This document shows, piece after piece, positions 28,880 to 41,493 of a DNA stretch of 64,000 nt. Source of the DNA: Kudoa neothunni (Eukaryota; Animalia; Cnidaria); assembly GCA_964304625.1 (NCBI GenBank), contig OZ199839.1, forward strand, positions 6,614,127-6,678,126, read 5' to 3'. Under the pieces are notes generated by a model. The model saw only the letters and a program-made list of their open reading frames with translations. It ran no database searches and had not been told where the DNA came from. The translations under genes and the position numbers were made by a program. The number at the start of each line of letters is the position of its first letter. The first letter of the stretch is position 1.

Positions 28880-29153
28880 GAAAGAATGGGAAAAAACTAA
28901 TTTGATGTGACAAAATCTAATAATCTAAATCTGTATACAGATTGTGAGTATGAGTTAGTGACATTAAAAATTGTCATTATGCAAGCGTAAGTGCCTTTTA
29001 GGACCAGAATTTACCCCTCAAATAGCCTCCGCTATAGCTAATCCAGTAAAAAACCTTAAGGTAAATATGAATTTGGTTTTCAAGTTAAGGGGGTAAATTT
29101 CGATTTTACATCAGGCTGAGGGGGTAAATTTAAAAAAACAGTCGAGAACCCCT
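28880..29153. repeat. Interspersed repeat, hAT-like terminus (copy 2)
   Basis: Similar to 12345-12592 and ends GAGAACCCCTA. Confidence 0.6.
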
Positions 29154-29245
29154 AAACTAATGACTTAGAATATCAAATAATGCTACGTGATCGAATCATT
29201 GCTATCATAAATTCTACCTATAAACTATAATTAACGAAAATTAAT

Positions 29246-32200
29246 TTAATCTCTTTTTTTCTTCAGTACTACGATTCCAACTATCGCTGCGACCACAACC
29301 ACGGCAGCGCAAGCAATAGTGATTCTAAACACAGTTAGTTCAAATATGCAGCATTCAAAAATGTTTACATAAATTTGGTTTTATCGCTAAAAAAATATTA
29401 AATTAAATAAAAAACATATTACTAAGCTCACCCTGAACTACTCTTGGCACCTACGATACATAACATTAAATCACATTGTGAACAAATAATATACCTTGTT
29501 GTATGTCAGCACCTCCAAAAATTGTATTATCTTGAGCACTGTAAACAGTCACATAATAGTTATTTCCATCAGGTAAATTATTTATTTTGAATTCTTTACA
29601 GGTCACAAAAGCAGCACATCTGTCCACGTTTCTTCTCATGCAAGATCTTACTACTGCATTAGACTTGACACTACTGTTTACGTAACTCCCATTTGCAATT
29701 TTGATTCATCGTTCATGCCAGCTGGAAGTGTGGTGGTTACAATGAAACTGTTCCCATCACGTGTAATGACGACTGATATCAATTTTGAGAAGTCAGTTGG
29801 GTTTAATTGTGGTGCACCTAATGTAAGATTCGTTTAAGAAATTCTTAATAGTATCGTTCATCGAAGCGTTAATTGTAGTACTTGATTCTAGGATATGCTC
29901 TTTTTCTGAAGATTTTCCGATAGCTGTGACTAAAATTTTGTATGTATTTGCTGCTTCATACTCGGGAAATGTTATGGAACTGCAAAGCGGATTTGATGAA
30001 CAGGTGTTTATGCTGTTAGCGGCACCAGCAAGCTGTGTATCTGAAGTGCCCGGAACTGAAGATTTCGCTGCCGTCATTGGGCCACCATCTGCTACCATTG
30101 GCACAGCAATTCTAGCTATGTTGAGATCTACAGAACTTGAACTGGAAGGAGTATCTGAAACGGGATTTGGTGCTACTGGAGTGGCAACAGGTGTCGTTAC
30201 TTTCGGCATCACTGGACATGTGTAATAGTCCGATGTAATCGTTACCACTCTTCTTTCGTATGACATAACTACAAGTTGCACTTGGATCTGCAGCATTTAA
30301 TCGTGCCCTCAATGACAAACCATCCAATGTGATCTTGTGTGTTATCGTTAATGTTGTCAATGCTATTAAAATTTAAATAGCAAATTATAACTTCAATAAC
30401 CTGTTCGTATATCTGGGTAATCTTTTATGCCGTAATTCTTATCCGCGATCACCCTGATGTCATAAGGTGCGTTTGGCTCAAGGTCTTCTATCGTAACTTG
30501 TTCACTGCAAATTCCTCTACATGGGGTATCGCCATTTGCATTTCGCGTGGTAAAAGCTATCTAATCCAGCCGGACTCACCAAATACTCACAGGTAGGTTC
30601 ATTTTTCTTATCTTGAAGTGAAGTTGTGGTAGCAGCCATAGCTGTAAGAGAGACTGTCGTGTCTGTCTTCGTAGGATCGGTAGTTCCATAATCTTTGTTG
30701 TCTCCTTTTGCTATATAATTCGTTATTTTTTAAAATAAGTATATTGATTTACTTGTTCTTATGAATATATATTCTTTGAAATCATTCGGATCAGTAATGC
30801 CAACAGGTGTAATTTCAATCATGTAAGCTTTTCCCCGCTGCAAGTCCTTGAAGCACCGATTTTGTGCAATCAGTTCTGCACTTATTATTACTACCATTGC
30901 TCTCAGAGCTGCACGTTGTCTCTGATGGAGTTGATGGTTTAATGTTGTCTGCGAAGTAGGGCTTAAGAGTGCATCCAGTCATTTTTGGATCAGAGCCCTC
31001 TTTTAATAATGGACCTTCAAACGTCACACCAGTCTTGGTATAACGGGAAAGCAAACCTTCGCCTGATTCAGTAAATGCTAAAGAAAATATTAAAAAATGC
31101 ATGTTAATACAAGGATTACCATATTTAGTTTGTTCGTGGCCGTCCAACTCAGCACCTGTAACCTTTATGTTGTTATGCCTTGTTTGGATTAAAATTTTAT
31201 AAATCCTTTTGTCAGGAATGCCATTGAGTTCGATATACTTACAAGGTGCATAACAACTCTTGTCGGTTCCACCACAAACTGAAGTATACGATGGATTTGT
31301 TTGCTGACTGTTGACCATCTTTAATACTGAATAGGCATATTTCAGACGACGGGGAGTTAGTGAATTTTAATTCCCCACTTTGTTTTCATTTTTAGACACA
31401 ATAATAAAACTGGGGCTTATAAATGTCTATGTTTTTCTTCATATATTGATTAGGCATACTGTAAAAGAAACTGGGATAATTTTCGCACCTTACTTCGTAA
31501 TGCGGTAACAACAAATCTAAATCAACTTTGTTTTCTGTATTATCACTAATACAATCTGCACCTTTGTCACCATTTACATATTTAATATCTTTATAATAAA
31601 TAGGACAATTAACTATTGCACCATGTTTTTGTTGCAATTTTCAGCTTATTGTCTGAACTGTCTGTAGGACACAGTAATTTGTGGATTAACCAACAACGCT
31701 AAATTTAATTTATGTTTTATGTCAAATTTAGTTGATTTACATATTGAATACCCAAATACTTTTGCTTCTGCTCCGTGAGTTTTCGTTTTAACATTAGTAG
31801 TGGTATCGCCTACGTAGACGAATATGTATTTGGTTCTTGGTGACAGCTTCTTGTAATCAATTGTATTCTGATTAGTAGCACAATCGACAACACACCTGTT
31901 CTCAGAATCTTCAACTTTAGCAGTGCAACCGTCGATATCCTTAAATTCAGCTGTTGTTGGAGCACTAGGATTAGCTGTAATTTCCGCCTCGTTAGATCGC
32001 TTTAAAAGGCATTTTTTGTCTGCTGTTCCATATTCAGAGCCTCCAAGGTTGAGTTTAATTTCGTCGGAATTACGAGATGTACCTTTCACAATCTGGTATT
32101 CAGTGTTTTTTGTTGGAGCTGGAGCGGCAGCAGTAGAACTCGGACTTGCAACAGCATTGGGATGTGCTTGATATTAAATCACCTAAACTTGTATTCGTAT

Positions 32201-32257
32201 TAAAATTAACTCAGGAAGATACTTAAAATAAGGTAGAAAAATCCAACTATTTTTCAT
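29246..32257 (-). CDS. Type I membrane protein with ~6-7 Cys-containing fibronectin-III-like repeats; several 1-nt indels
   Basis: Repeats end in tyrosine-corner-like motifs: KKLSPRTKYIFVYV, NGIPDKRIYKILI, QGLAAGKAYMIEI, EDLEPNAPYDIRVIA, PEYEAANTYKILVTA and NNLPDGNNYYVTVYS. Phase-1 introns separate most repeats. The C-terminus IITIACAAVVVVAAIVGIVVLKKKRD* is a TM helix. The start and leader are uncertain. Confidence 0.75.
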
Positions 32258-33013
32258 GGTTGACGATTAAATGATCTACCAATTGATGGTTCGGAATACA
32301 ATTGACCCGAATTTCACTCATTTGTGATATAATGATTCATTTCATTGTCTGATGACAAAAATTAGACTAGAAAATAATTATTCAAGTAATTGAAACATTA
32401 AACAAACAATTGTTTACAATCTAGCTCAAATCGATATGGTAAATTAATTATGACTTTTAATGGAACTAAAGTTCTTCCGTGATACATTGTTTTTAGGACA
32501 ATATCGAAGTAAAATATTAAGCTTTAGCATAATAATTGTAACATTATTTATTATAGAAAGTATTTAGTATTATTCCAATCATTTACTAAACGAATCAGTT
32601 CCTCGGGACATCAAAATCATGTATCAATGTATATATAGTAAGACTTCGATATATCGTGATTCGATATAGTGTAATTAATGATTGTTCAATGTTTGTCAAC
32701 ATAAAAGGTTTAACAAATTCTGTTTATTAGCCTTTGACAAATCGTAAATACTATACTTAATTTTTGGGTTCAATCAAATTTGAAATTATAGAATCGTTGT
32801 CTTCGCTATTTGCATGGCTTTTCTGATAAAATAATCCCATTAGTCCTATATTTTTCTTATTAAAAAAGATAATGTTAATAATATCCTCAGAGAAGCATGG
32901 AAAAAAATACGAATAACTCAAGGGCTGACCTTTCATATAGGGGCCCCTAATCCTCCGCCGTCTTTCCTATTAAAGATTATTTCTCCTGTAAAGAAATTGT
33001 AAAATATTCTCTA

Positions 33014-35280
33014 CTAGCACAAAAGCCCCGCTTCTTGAAGGCTTCCTTTCCCAGCTAAGTAGACTAAAACTTGGCGCAGGACTAAAGTATTTTGATTTTT
33101 AAGTAAATAACGCTAATGTCCAGCTTTGCTTGGTATTGTGTCATGGAAAATTTTAATTTTTTGTTTTATTTCTGAATGGAGACATTCTACGATTAAGTTA
33201 ATGTAATTAGCACGTTAAAAATTGTGAATTTTATTTTTTTTATTTTAATTGATGCATTTTAAAGATGTCATTAATTTTTACAACGTAATGATTTAGAAAA
33301 CCAAAATTATGCGTGCACTTTCCATTCAATTATAAATAGAGGTATTGAGGGAAATTAATGTGTATTTTAAGTTTATTTTACAAATTATGACTAAAAATAT
33401 AATGAACTTAGTTTTATGAGCAATTTAATTAACGATTAAAGTTCATTTATTTACTAAACAAAATCATTAAATAACTTAAATAGGACTTTCAGTTCTTTTC
33501 AAAATCTTACGATAAAAATCAATCTTTCTAGTTATAAAATTTATTATTAGTCCTACAAACGATAAAAAAAATATAATCAACCTAAGGTGCGGCATCGATA
33601 AAAATATTAATTGTTACCCCTTTTTTTCAATTTTATTAGGGATGTTAATGAGGTTTTATTAATCTGTGAGTGGTAATTTACTTGTTCACTATTCTAACAT
33701 AATTTTTCGATTTATAAATAAATGCAACCTTTCTTTTTAACAAAAAATATCTATGGTTCAAAAATATGCCAATTTAATTATTAAAATACGATTAAATCTA
33801 AAATGTAATGGTGTTTTTGGTTTGTAAATTACAGTAATGCTTAAATATCAACTGGTTTTCTCGAAGGAGTGCACCCTTTTAAAAATAAACGTACTGTTTG
33901 ACTGCCATAAATGAATTTCTTTGCGTTGAACTATTCTTAGATTAACGAAAACTTTGTGAAAATATCGGTTAGATCGAATAGAAACATAATTTCTTATCTA
34001 CTTACATGGTAGATAATGGGAGGGGACTGTATTTTGTAAAAAAGTAATCATGAATATAAATTCTTAAACTACGTATAGAATTGGGCGTCGCACACTTTCA
34101 TGCAGATTCTATATCACAATGAATTATTTTTAGCCAAAAGAAAATTATTTATTGATTTGAATATTAAACTCAAGTTCTGGGGGTAAGGAACAATTAGGTA
34201 AATAAGAACTTAAACATTGTTTAAAAGATTTTCTCATCAAATATAGAAACTTATTGAATTAGTTATTGTTAGTATCGCACGAGGATAGAAACCTGATATA
34301 ATAAATAACAGTGTAATTGAAATGGAAGTGATAGAGACCGTATTAGCAGAATAGGAGCTAACCCGGTCGTATTAGTTAGAATAACGATAACTAATTAATG
34401 ATGATGGAAATCAACACGCCAGCTGTTTGAGTGTGATAATGTAGGTCCATAATAACAGTGTCCTTTGAGATCATAACAGTTATGCCAGCTGTTCTGCAAG
34501 TGAATTTAGGAAAACCAAAATACGTGTTTAAAATTTATCGAAAAGACGAATATAGTTTCAATCTACATCGATATATTGGATAAAAAGAAGTTTTCATATC
34601 TCAGGAATTTCAATAAAGCATAATTTTCATCTAAGATGTTATCACAAAAAATTTAATTATTCGAAAACTCTACACACATCTTATATCGTTTTTAGAATGA
34701 TTATATAACTACCAAATTATTCCTTGATGGCAACAACTTCAATCTCAAATTATGTGTTTTTTTTTTAAATGATCATAATATTTGTCGCTTAACTATATAA
34801 ATAACGATTGAAAAGTGAAAATGCAATCTAAATAATTTGGTTATGCTGATTATGCTGAAAATTTTAAGGGAAATGCAAAAACTCTTGTAAATGTAACGTT
34901 AATAGTTTTATTTGTCTTACAGTTACTCCAAACGGCATACTTAACATTTATAAAACATTCTATATAAAAATTAACGGTTTTACCTAATATATCGCGAGTA
35001 AAAGTTCATTCTAATTGAGTATCACTCTGAAGTTAACAAACATCAATATTATTCAGGTACCTTTTAATCTGGTAATTGACGTGAACAACCAGATAATTCC
35101 TTACTTCTAATAACGATATTGATTATATTTCTATTTCTAAGTAAACGAACGATTTTTCTTAATGGCATCATCTGTTCAAATGCAAACTAAAAGCTGTATT
35201 TAAAAAAAGTTTCTCCGTGCCACATGCGTACTGCTGCAAACACACACATCACACTGACGGACAAGAACTCTGTATATAGA
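33014..35280 (-). mobile_element. Non-autonomous Helitron-like element (copy 2), carrying a solo LTR
   Basis: Collinear with 18425-20472 and has the same A|TC ... CTAG|T termini on the minus strand. Confidence 0.75.
34267..34478. mobile_element. Solo LTR, 212 bp
   Basis: It has TGTTA...TAACA termini and a 5-bp TSD GTTAT (34262-34266, 34479-34483). It is absent from the paralogous Helitron copy (empty site at ~19669). Confidence 0.85.
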
Positions 35281-35282
35281 TA

Positions 35283-35380
35283 CTAGCGCAAAATCCCCGC
35301 TCTGCGTTGGCTCCCTTGCGCGACCACGCAGATTAAAGTCTTAAGTAGACCAAGGTCATTTTAAGTTCAAAATCAATTAT
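35283..35380 (-). mobile_element. Helitron-like 3' terminus
   Basis: CTAGCGCAAAATCCCCGC belongs to the same terminus family as 18425, 33014 and 38314. Confidence 0.6.
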
Positions 35381-36743
35381 AATTATTGTATTATTCTCTT
35401 GACGGCAGCGCTATTCAATATAAACAGCATTAACCCGATCATCTTCACTTACTTCTTTATTGGACTTAATTTTCATTTAGAAATCATATGTTTTTACAGC
35501 TCGTGTTGCGTATTGATCGCTTTAACCCAGTGGTGGGCACAACGTTTGGTTCTGCGAGCCACATTGGCTCATTACAAAAGCTTAGAGGACCGCATTGTTG
35601 ATTAAGTGTTTTCTGAGAACTTAATACCTATTGGTGGGTTTTCTAACATTTTTGCTACAATAAAAAAGTTAATGTATAAATTAATTTAGAAAGGAACTAA
35701 ATAATTTAAAAAAATGGAAATTTGGTGATCGGCATGCTATTGCAAGTTTCGATCGGAATAATAGATTTTATCGCTTTTCAAATATGTTAATAAATCAGAT
35801 CTTTTTAAGCTCAGCGAATGTAATGGAAAATATGGATATGGTTCTTATTGCGTCTAACCTAATTTATGTATGAGTGTCGCATGCTCATATGTTTTTCTGC
35901 TATTTAGTTATTTTTAGATCCTTTTTGTTGTGAATTAAATCTCGTGTACCATCTTTCTCTGAAGTTTATGACATGTGATTTTTTTCTAAGGGCGTATTAG
36001 ATCTTACCACATTTACATATGACAATAATAGGTACGATGCAAGCATAGGTAAAACATCAAATCAGATAATAAACTCGCGTAAAATATACAAACAATAAAA
36101 TATTCTATGAGAAATATATTCATTATATAATAATCTCATTTTCACTCTTATAAAATCAGAAAACAAGTTTAAAATCACAATTATTTTATCTTAAAACAAT
36201 TATATCAACTTTATAATACAGTTACATGGTGCAAATATTATTGCTTGTTTTCCCAATTTTTAATTGAGAAAAGAAGATAAAAATGACGGAAAAAGGAACT
36301 CATTAGAATATTATTAGCATGCGCCCTAACCCTCTTAATAATTTCAACGTTCTTCCAAATTTCTTATAAAAATTCCACTACTTATAATCGATGGTAGTCA
36401 AAAAAATACAGATATAAATTCTTCAAGAAAATTACAACTGATTGATGCATAATTGGCAAATTTAGAGGTAAAATGTCAGCTAATCTATTTTCTTTTGAAA
36501 ATTTATTTTATCATAGTTCATCTATTGCTATATGTATTTATGAAATTAGAATTTGGATAAAAGCATTATTTTACGAGATATTCCAATCTGTTGCAATAGC
36601 CAGTGCGTTAATAAATATACATAAATGTCAGTAAATCAATCAGATTAGTAAACTATGAATTAATTGAGTACTGAATATGCTTTGGCGAAGACAATTCGTG
36701 CTTAATATCGCTTATAAATTATATTTTCACGACATTGAGAACT

Positions 36744-38135
36744 ATGTTGGTGTTTTCGTTATTTTATTTTTGCTTAACAATTATAACAGCTGGTGACCGA
36801 TTTAATTCATTATTTAAATTTATCTATTTTGTAAAGAGAGAGCTTTATCTTCGTATGACAAAGATGTAGGTCAGCCACCAGCTTGGTTGGCGGATCAAAC
36901 CGCAAAAACAAATGCTGCTGTCGAGAGATGGTATATCGACAAAACTGATGCTACTTGCAAACCTTTTACCTACCTTGGATCCCTCGGAAATTTCAATAAC
37001 TTTGTCTCTAGATCTGCTTGCAATGAGCATTGTAAATTCAGTTATTACTCAATCAATATTAAATGCGGAATAGTAAAATTTAAGCCAGAAGAAAAAGTTG
37101 CTGCTTGTAGATTAACTAAAAATGATGGAGCTTGTAGTCTAGAGGGAGATAAAATGCTAACAAGATGGTATTTCAGTTCAGATACCGTTGATGGCAAAGC
37201 AAACTCATGCCACAGTTTCAAATACAACGGATGTGGTGGAAATGCAAACAACTTTGACACAGAATTGGAATGCAAACAAGTTTGCCAAAGTAATCGCATC
37301 ATAAAATAAATCATGCTTAGATAATCAAATAATTATAACACAACATTTCAAAAACATTTTTATTAGACAAAGATAACGGACCAATGACAGGAGCCTTTGA
37401 TGAAAAAACCATGACTGCTACCCCGAATAAATTTGATTGCACCTTTGTACCTGAAGTTAAAACTGCAACACCAATGATGGGAATTGTCCCTCATAAAGAC
37501 GGAAATAAATGCGTTTATGCTGCTGTTGAAAATGGTGCCAAGAGAGGATTTTTCCTTGAATTACCAACTTGTGTCAAGACTTGCATAAGTATAATTTTAA
37601 AAAATTATTAAATATTTTATTTTTTCAAACAGAAAATAAAGTTGCAGCGTGCAAAGCTGACGGTCCACATCAAGTAGAAATCACCACTGGTATCACACAA
37701 ACATCAGACGTAACTACATATTACTATTTCAATAAAACCTCAGCATTATGCTTACCTTACATGTCAAAAGCACCAACTGATGCTAGTTCTATCATTGGAC
37801 GTCGGGGCATTGAACATATTTAGCTCTGTTGAGCTGTGTGCAAGTTTCTGTCCTGCAAGTATGATAGTAATTTCGAATAAGTTGTAATAATGTTAATGTA
37901 GCTAGTCATATTGGTCAGTTAACTGCTGTTGAAGCCTGTTTGCTACCAAAAGTTGGAGAGTCCATCTGATGCTGATAAATACAAAATTCAAAGATTTTAT
38001 TATGACAAGGATGAAAAAACTGCAACTCAACGATGCAAAGAATTTTCTTTCAATGGAAAAGACATGAACCTGAATAATTTCAAAACTAACGAAGATTGCA
38101 AAGCTATTTGCGAAACTCCATTGAATCCATCATAG
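36744..38135 (+). CDS. Secreted five-domain Kunitz-like protein, paralog C (+1 indels at ~37797 and ~37962)
   Basis: Leader [16 protein letters not shown] and the same exon structure. ORFs 36887-37309, 37384-37611, 37569-37823 and 37929-38135 overlap its exons. Confidence 0.9.
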
Positions 38136-38313
38136 TCACGGAAACATCTTCAATATAACTTTAAAGCCTATAATTTAAATTCACTCAACTTGAAAGTTAT
38201 TTTTATAAATTCATGGTAAAATTCGACGATGTTGTATCTACAGCGTATTAAAAATAACAATATTTATTTTATTTTTCATTGCTAAAAAATATTTTGTTTC
38301 CATTTATAAAATA

Positions 38314-39018
38314 CTAATGAAAAAGCCCCGCTTCGAGTGAGCTTCCTTGCCTGGCCACGCAACTAAATCCTTGAATAGGCCAAGGTCATTTGAAGTTCAA
38401 ATAAATTTAGAGTATTTTAGATAGATAGTAACAAAGATTACCCAATCAATGGATGATTTATTTAATTAATTGGATGCATGAACTTTGTTTAATATTTTTA
38501 AAAACGAATAAACACTACTGAGCGTTTAAAATTTCCCATTTAGAGCTTCTAAAATATCGATTTTCTCCTTGGTGATTACGGTAATCTCTAAATCATACAA
38601 TATGAATAAAGACTAATCTTGTTAAAACATCAACAAATGAATTTCATATGAATTCTTGGCTACATAACCTAAATATTACCTTCCTTATTTGAACTAATTC
38701 AATTACTAAATTACTTTTCAATAATTTCAAAGTAAAATAAACCCTATTATGCAAATAAAATTAACTTTTAAAACTATAACGAAATGACCTATATGTTTGC
38801 ATAAATCCTCTAATCATATCAATCATACCACGTGAGAATGTTTTTAGTTATTTTGCAGGATGCAAACCTTTTATAATATTTTACGTATTTTTCTGTGTTA
38901 AAATAAAATTTCATCTTTCTATATGTGTGCTCAAATGGAGCGATATGTCTCTCTATAAAGAATGAAAAATGCTTACATACATACATGCACACACACGGAC
39001 ACTTCAGCTTTATATATA
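38314..39018 (-). mobile_element. Short non-autonomous Helitron-like element
   Basis: The minus-strand 5' end is TATATATAAAGCTGAAGTGTCCGTGTGTG and the 3' end is GAAGCGGGGCTTTTTCATTAG|T. Confidence 0.6.
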
Positions 39019-41214
39019 CTAACGGGAACTGCCCAGCGATGCTTATGGAAGATTTCAAATTGATACGCTTCTTAACAACATTCACTAAATACATTCTAGT
39101 CGTGAATTAACATATACAAGAAACATAACTAAAAAATTTGAAGCGTCATACATTAACGATTTGGATTGACGAAATTTAAATTATGATCATTTATGTGAGG
39201 GAACGTATCAATTCCGGCATTCATTTAATATTTTCATGACCCGGCACCAACGTTAAATAATTTAAAGTTCGCGTCATTTTTTTCAACATTCCCGAATTTT
39301 TCAAATTACTTTAAAGTGTTATCTAAAATGTTATTTTTTGGCCTGTAGATTTTTCAACGCCGATTCTGGCCCGACTCGGAAAGTATTTATCATGTTTTTC
39401 TTGGGAGGTAAAAAAGATATAGAAATAGAAGAAGATTTACGATAATTGATTTTTAATGCTCAAATTATATCCCTTGTCCCGACATTAACATTAATGCACT
39501 ATTTCATACAAACAGTTTCATTTCGAGTCAATATCAACATAAATAATTCAAATAATAAGATGTAATAAAAGTACAAATATCTGAATTGAATTTAGTCACA
39601 GATAGTTCAACTTAGCGGACGATTTCAATGCAACCTAAGGACGCAGTATTTCCATTATAACGCTTAAACAATGTAATTTTAACGTTCTCCACAAACTCGT
39701 TATTCACGAAACATATATAGATTCTTTATCAAATCTAAAACCATGAATAGAACCTTCAAAATGTGTTTATCAAGTCAAATACGTTATAACTCCACAAATA
39801 AGGAGTTTATTTACGCAAACATCCGCGTAGAAACGCCAATCTTATACATAAAGATAGATAGCAGCTGTCAATCAACATTCGATATAACATATAAAGGGGA
39901 AAATTAACTTCAACCGACCATCAATAGCTCATAAGCAGGTGTTAATCCTATTGTTGAACTCAAGTAAACCGATAAATAAACATTGAGTCGATGAAATCAC
40001 TATTTTCAAAACATTTTTGGGGGTATTTGATAATTTGAAAACGATTTAAAGATTTTTAGGAACATTGTGATATTTAAAAAATTTCCAAAATGTCTCTATA
40101 AAGATAAAATTTTGACGCACATTTGTACTCAATGACACACACGGACACTTCAGCTTTACAGTGTTACAAGTTCAAGATGCATTCACATCCGATCATAAAG
40201 CAAATCTTATAGATTCAGCCGATATAATAATTAATTAAACAATGAAAAAAAGAAAATATAAAAAACGAATATGACTTCACTAGATTTAATTCTAAATTTA
40301 TCAGAAGTTCGATATTATTAATTAATTAACTATATAACTTTAAGGAAAAAGTCTCAACTAGAAAAATTGTGATGTGTGTTGGAGTTCATCCAACTACTGT
40401 CACAAGAATTCTTAAATTGAAGGATTTCATTATTGACTAAAAAAAATTTCCATAGCTCCTGTTGGTAAATATCTACCCGAGAATATAAAGAAAAGAAAAG
40501 AGTAAATTATATATAATAAATTAAAATGAAATCTAAATTAGTAATGTAATAAATTATCTTCAACAAAAGCCAAACTATTCTCTTGTTCTCTATATTGACG
40601 AAGAAGGATTCTCTTTATCAATGAGACGCTTTTTTGAGAAGTTCCTTATTGGATCTAGAGCCAATTTAACTGTGAGAACCGTCCGCTCCAAAAATATTAC
40701 ACTGATAGCTGCAATGAGCTCCCAGAAAGTGTGGTCAAAAAAAGTACACGAGGGTTCAGTAAATTAAAATATATTTTCCGAATATTTAATCAAACTTTTT
40801 ATGGAGCTACAATTGGACGATATATTAATTGCATTGCTCATAATGGACAATGTAAGGTTCCACAAACCTGACTACATCATGGATCTTGTGACAAAAATAT
40901 ATCACTCGATTCTGTTTCTACCACCATATTCCTCGTTCCTCAACCCGATCGAGGGACTTTTCAACCAACTAAAAATAATAGTGAGACATAAGAATCCAGC
41001 AACCAAAACTGAACTCATAGAGGCGATAAAATTTAATCAAAATGATGTGACGTTTACACAATGTCAAAACTATCGTAATCATGAGGTGAGTTATTCCCCA
41101 CGATGCTCAAACACGAAATTATTGAAAATTGATTTATTGTTTTGATATTTAATAATTACCTATTTTTTTCAAATAATGCATCTTGAACTTGAAACACTAT
41201 GTATATATAGTAGA
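39019..41214 (-). mobile_element. Helitron-like element interrupted near its 5' end by a Tc1-like element
   Basis: The 5' motif TCTACTATATA..TAAAGCTGAAGTGTCCGTGTGTG is split between 41200-41214 and 40135-40158. The 3' end GCTGGGCAGTTCCCGTTAG|T is at 39019. Confidence 0.55.
40159..41199 (+). mobile_element. Degenerate Tc1/IS630-type DD34E transposon
   Basis: A 24-bp TIR AGTGTTACAAGTTCAAGATGCATT (1 mismatch) is inserted at TA. It retains YIDEEGF, IMDNVRFH and FLPPYSSFLNPIE, with stops upstream. Confidence 0.85.
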
Positions 41215-41493
41215 TAGTAAATAGATAAAACCGCATGCCATTAAACTTATTATCGTAATTTATTTGAACCAGATTTATTTTTTATTCTTTTGTCAACAAC
41301 TTGATAAAAAAATATATTACTTTAATAACTGGTGAAAATTCAACAGAATATGTTTTCATGAACTGAACCACCCTACGTTTATTTTTATTCAGAATAATCG
41401 TTTTCCGATCTATGTATTATTATAGATCAATTCATTTGTACCGATTTATATTCGTTTAAATACTCGTTAGATAGTAATTATTTTTATTTCATA

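Noticed and set aside
29926-30225. Plus-strand Ala/Gly/Thr-rich ORFs (also 31923-32171)
   Set aside because: They are antisense to low-complexity Pro/Ser/Thr segments of the FN3-like gene.
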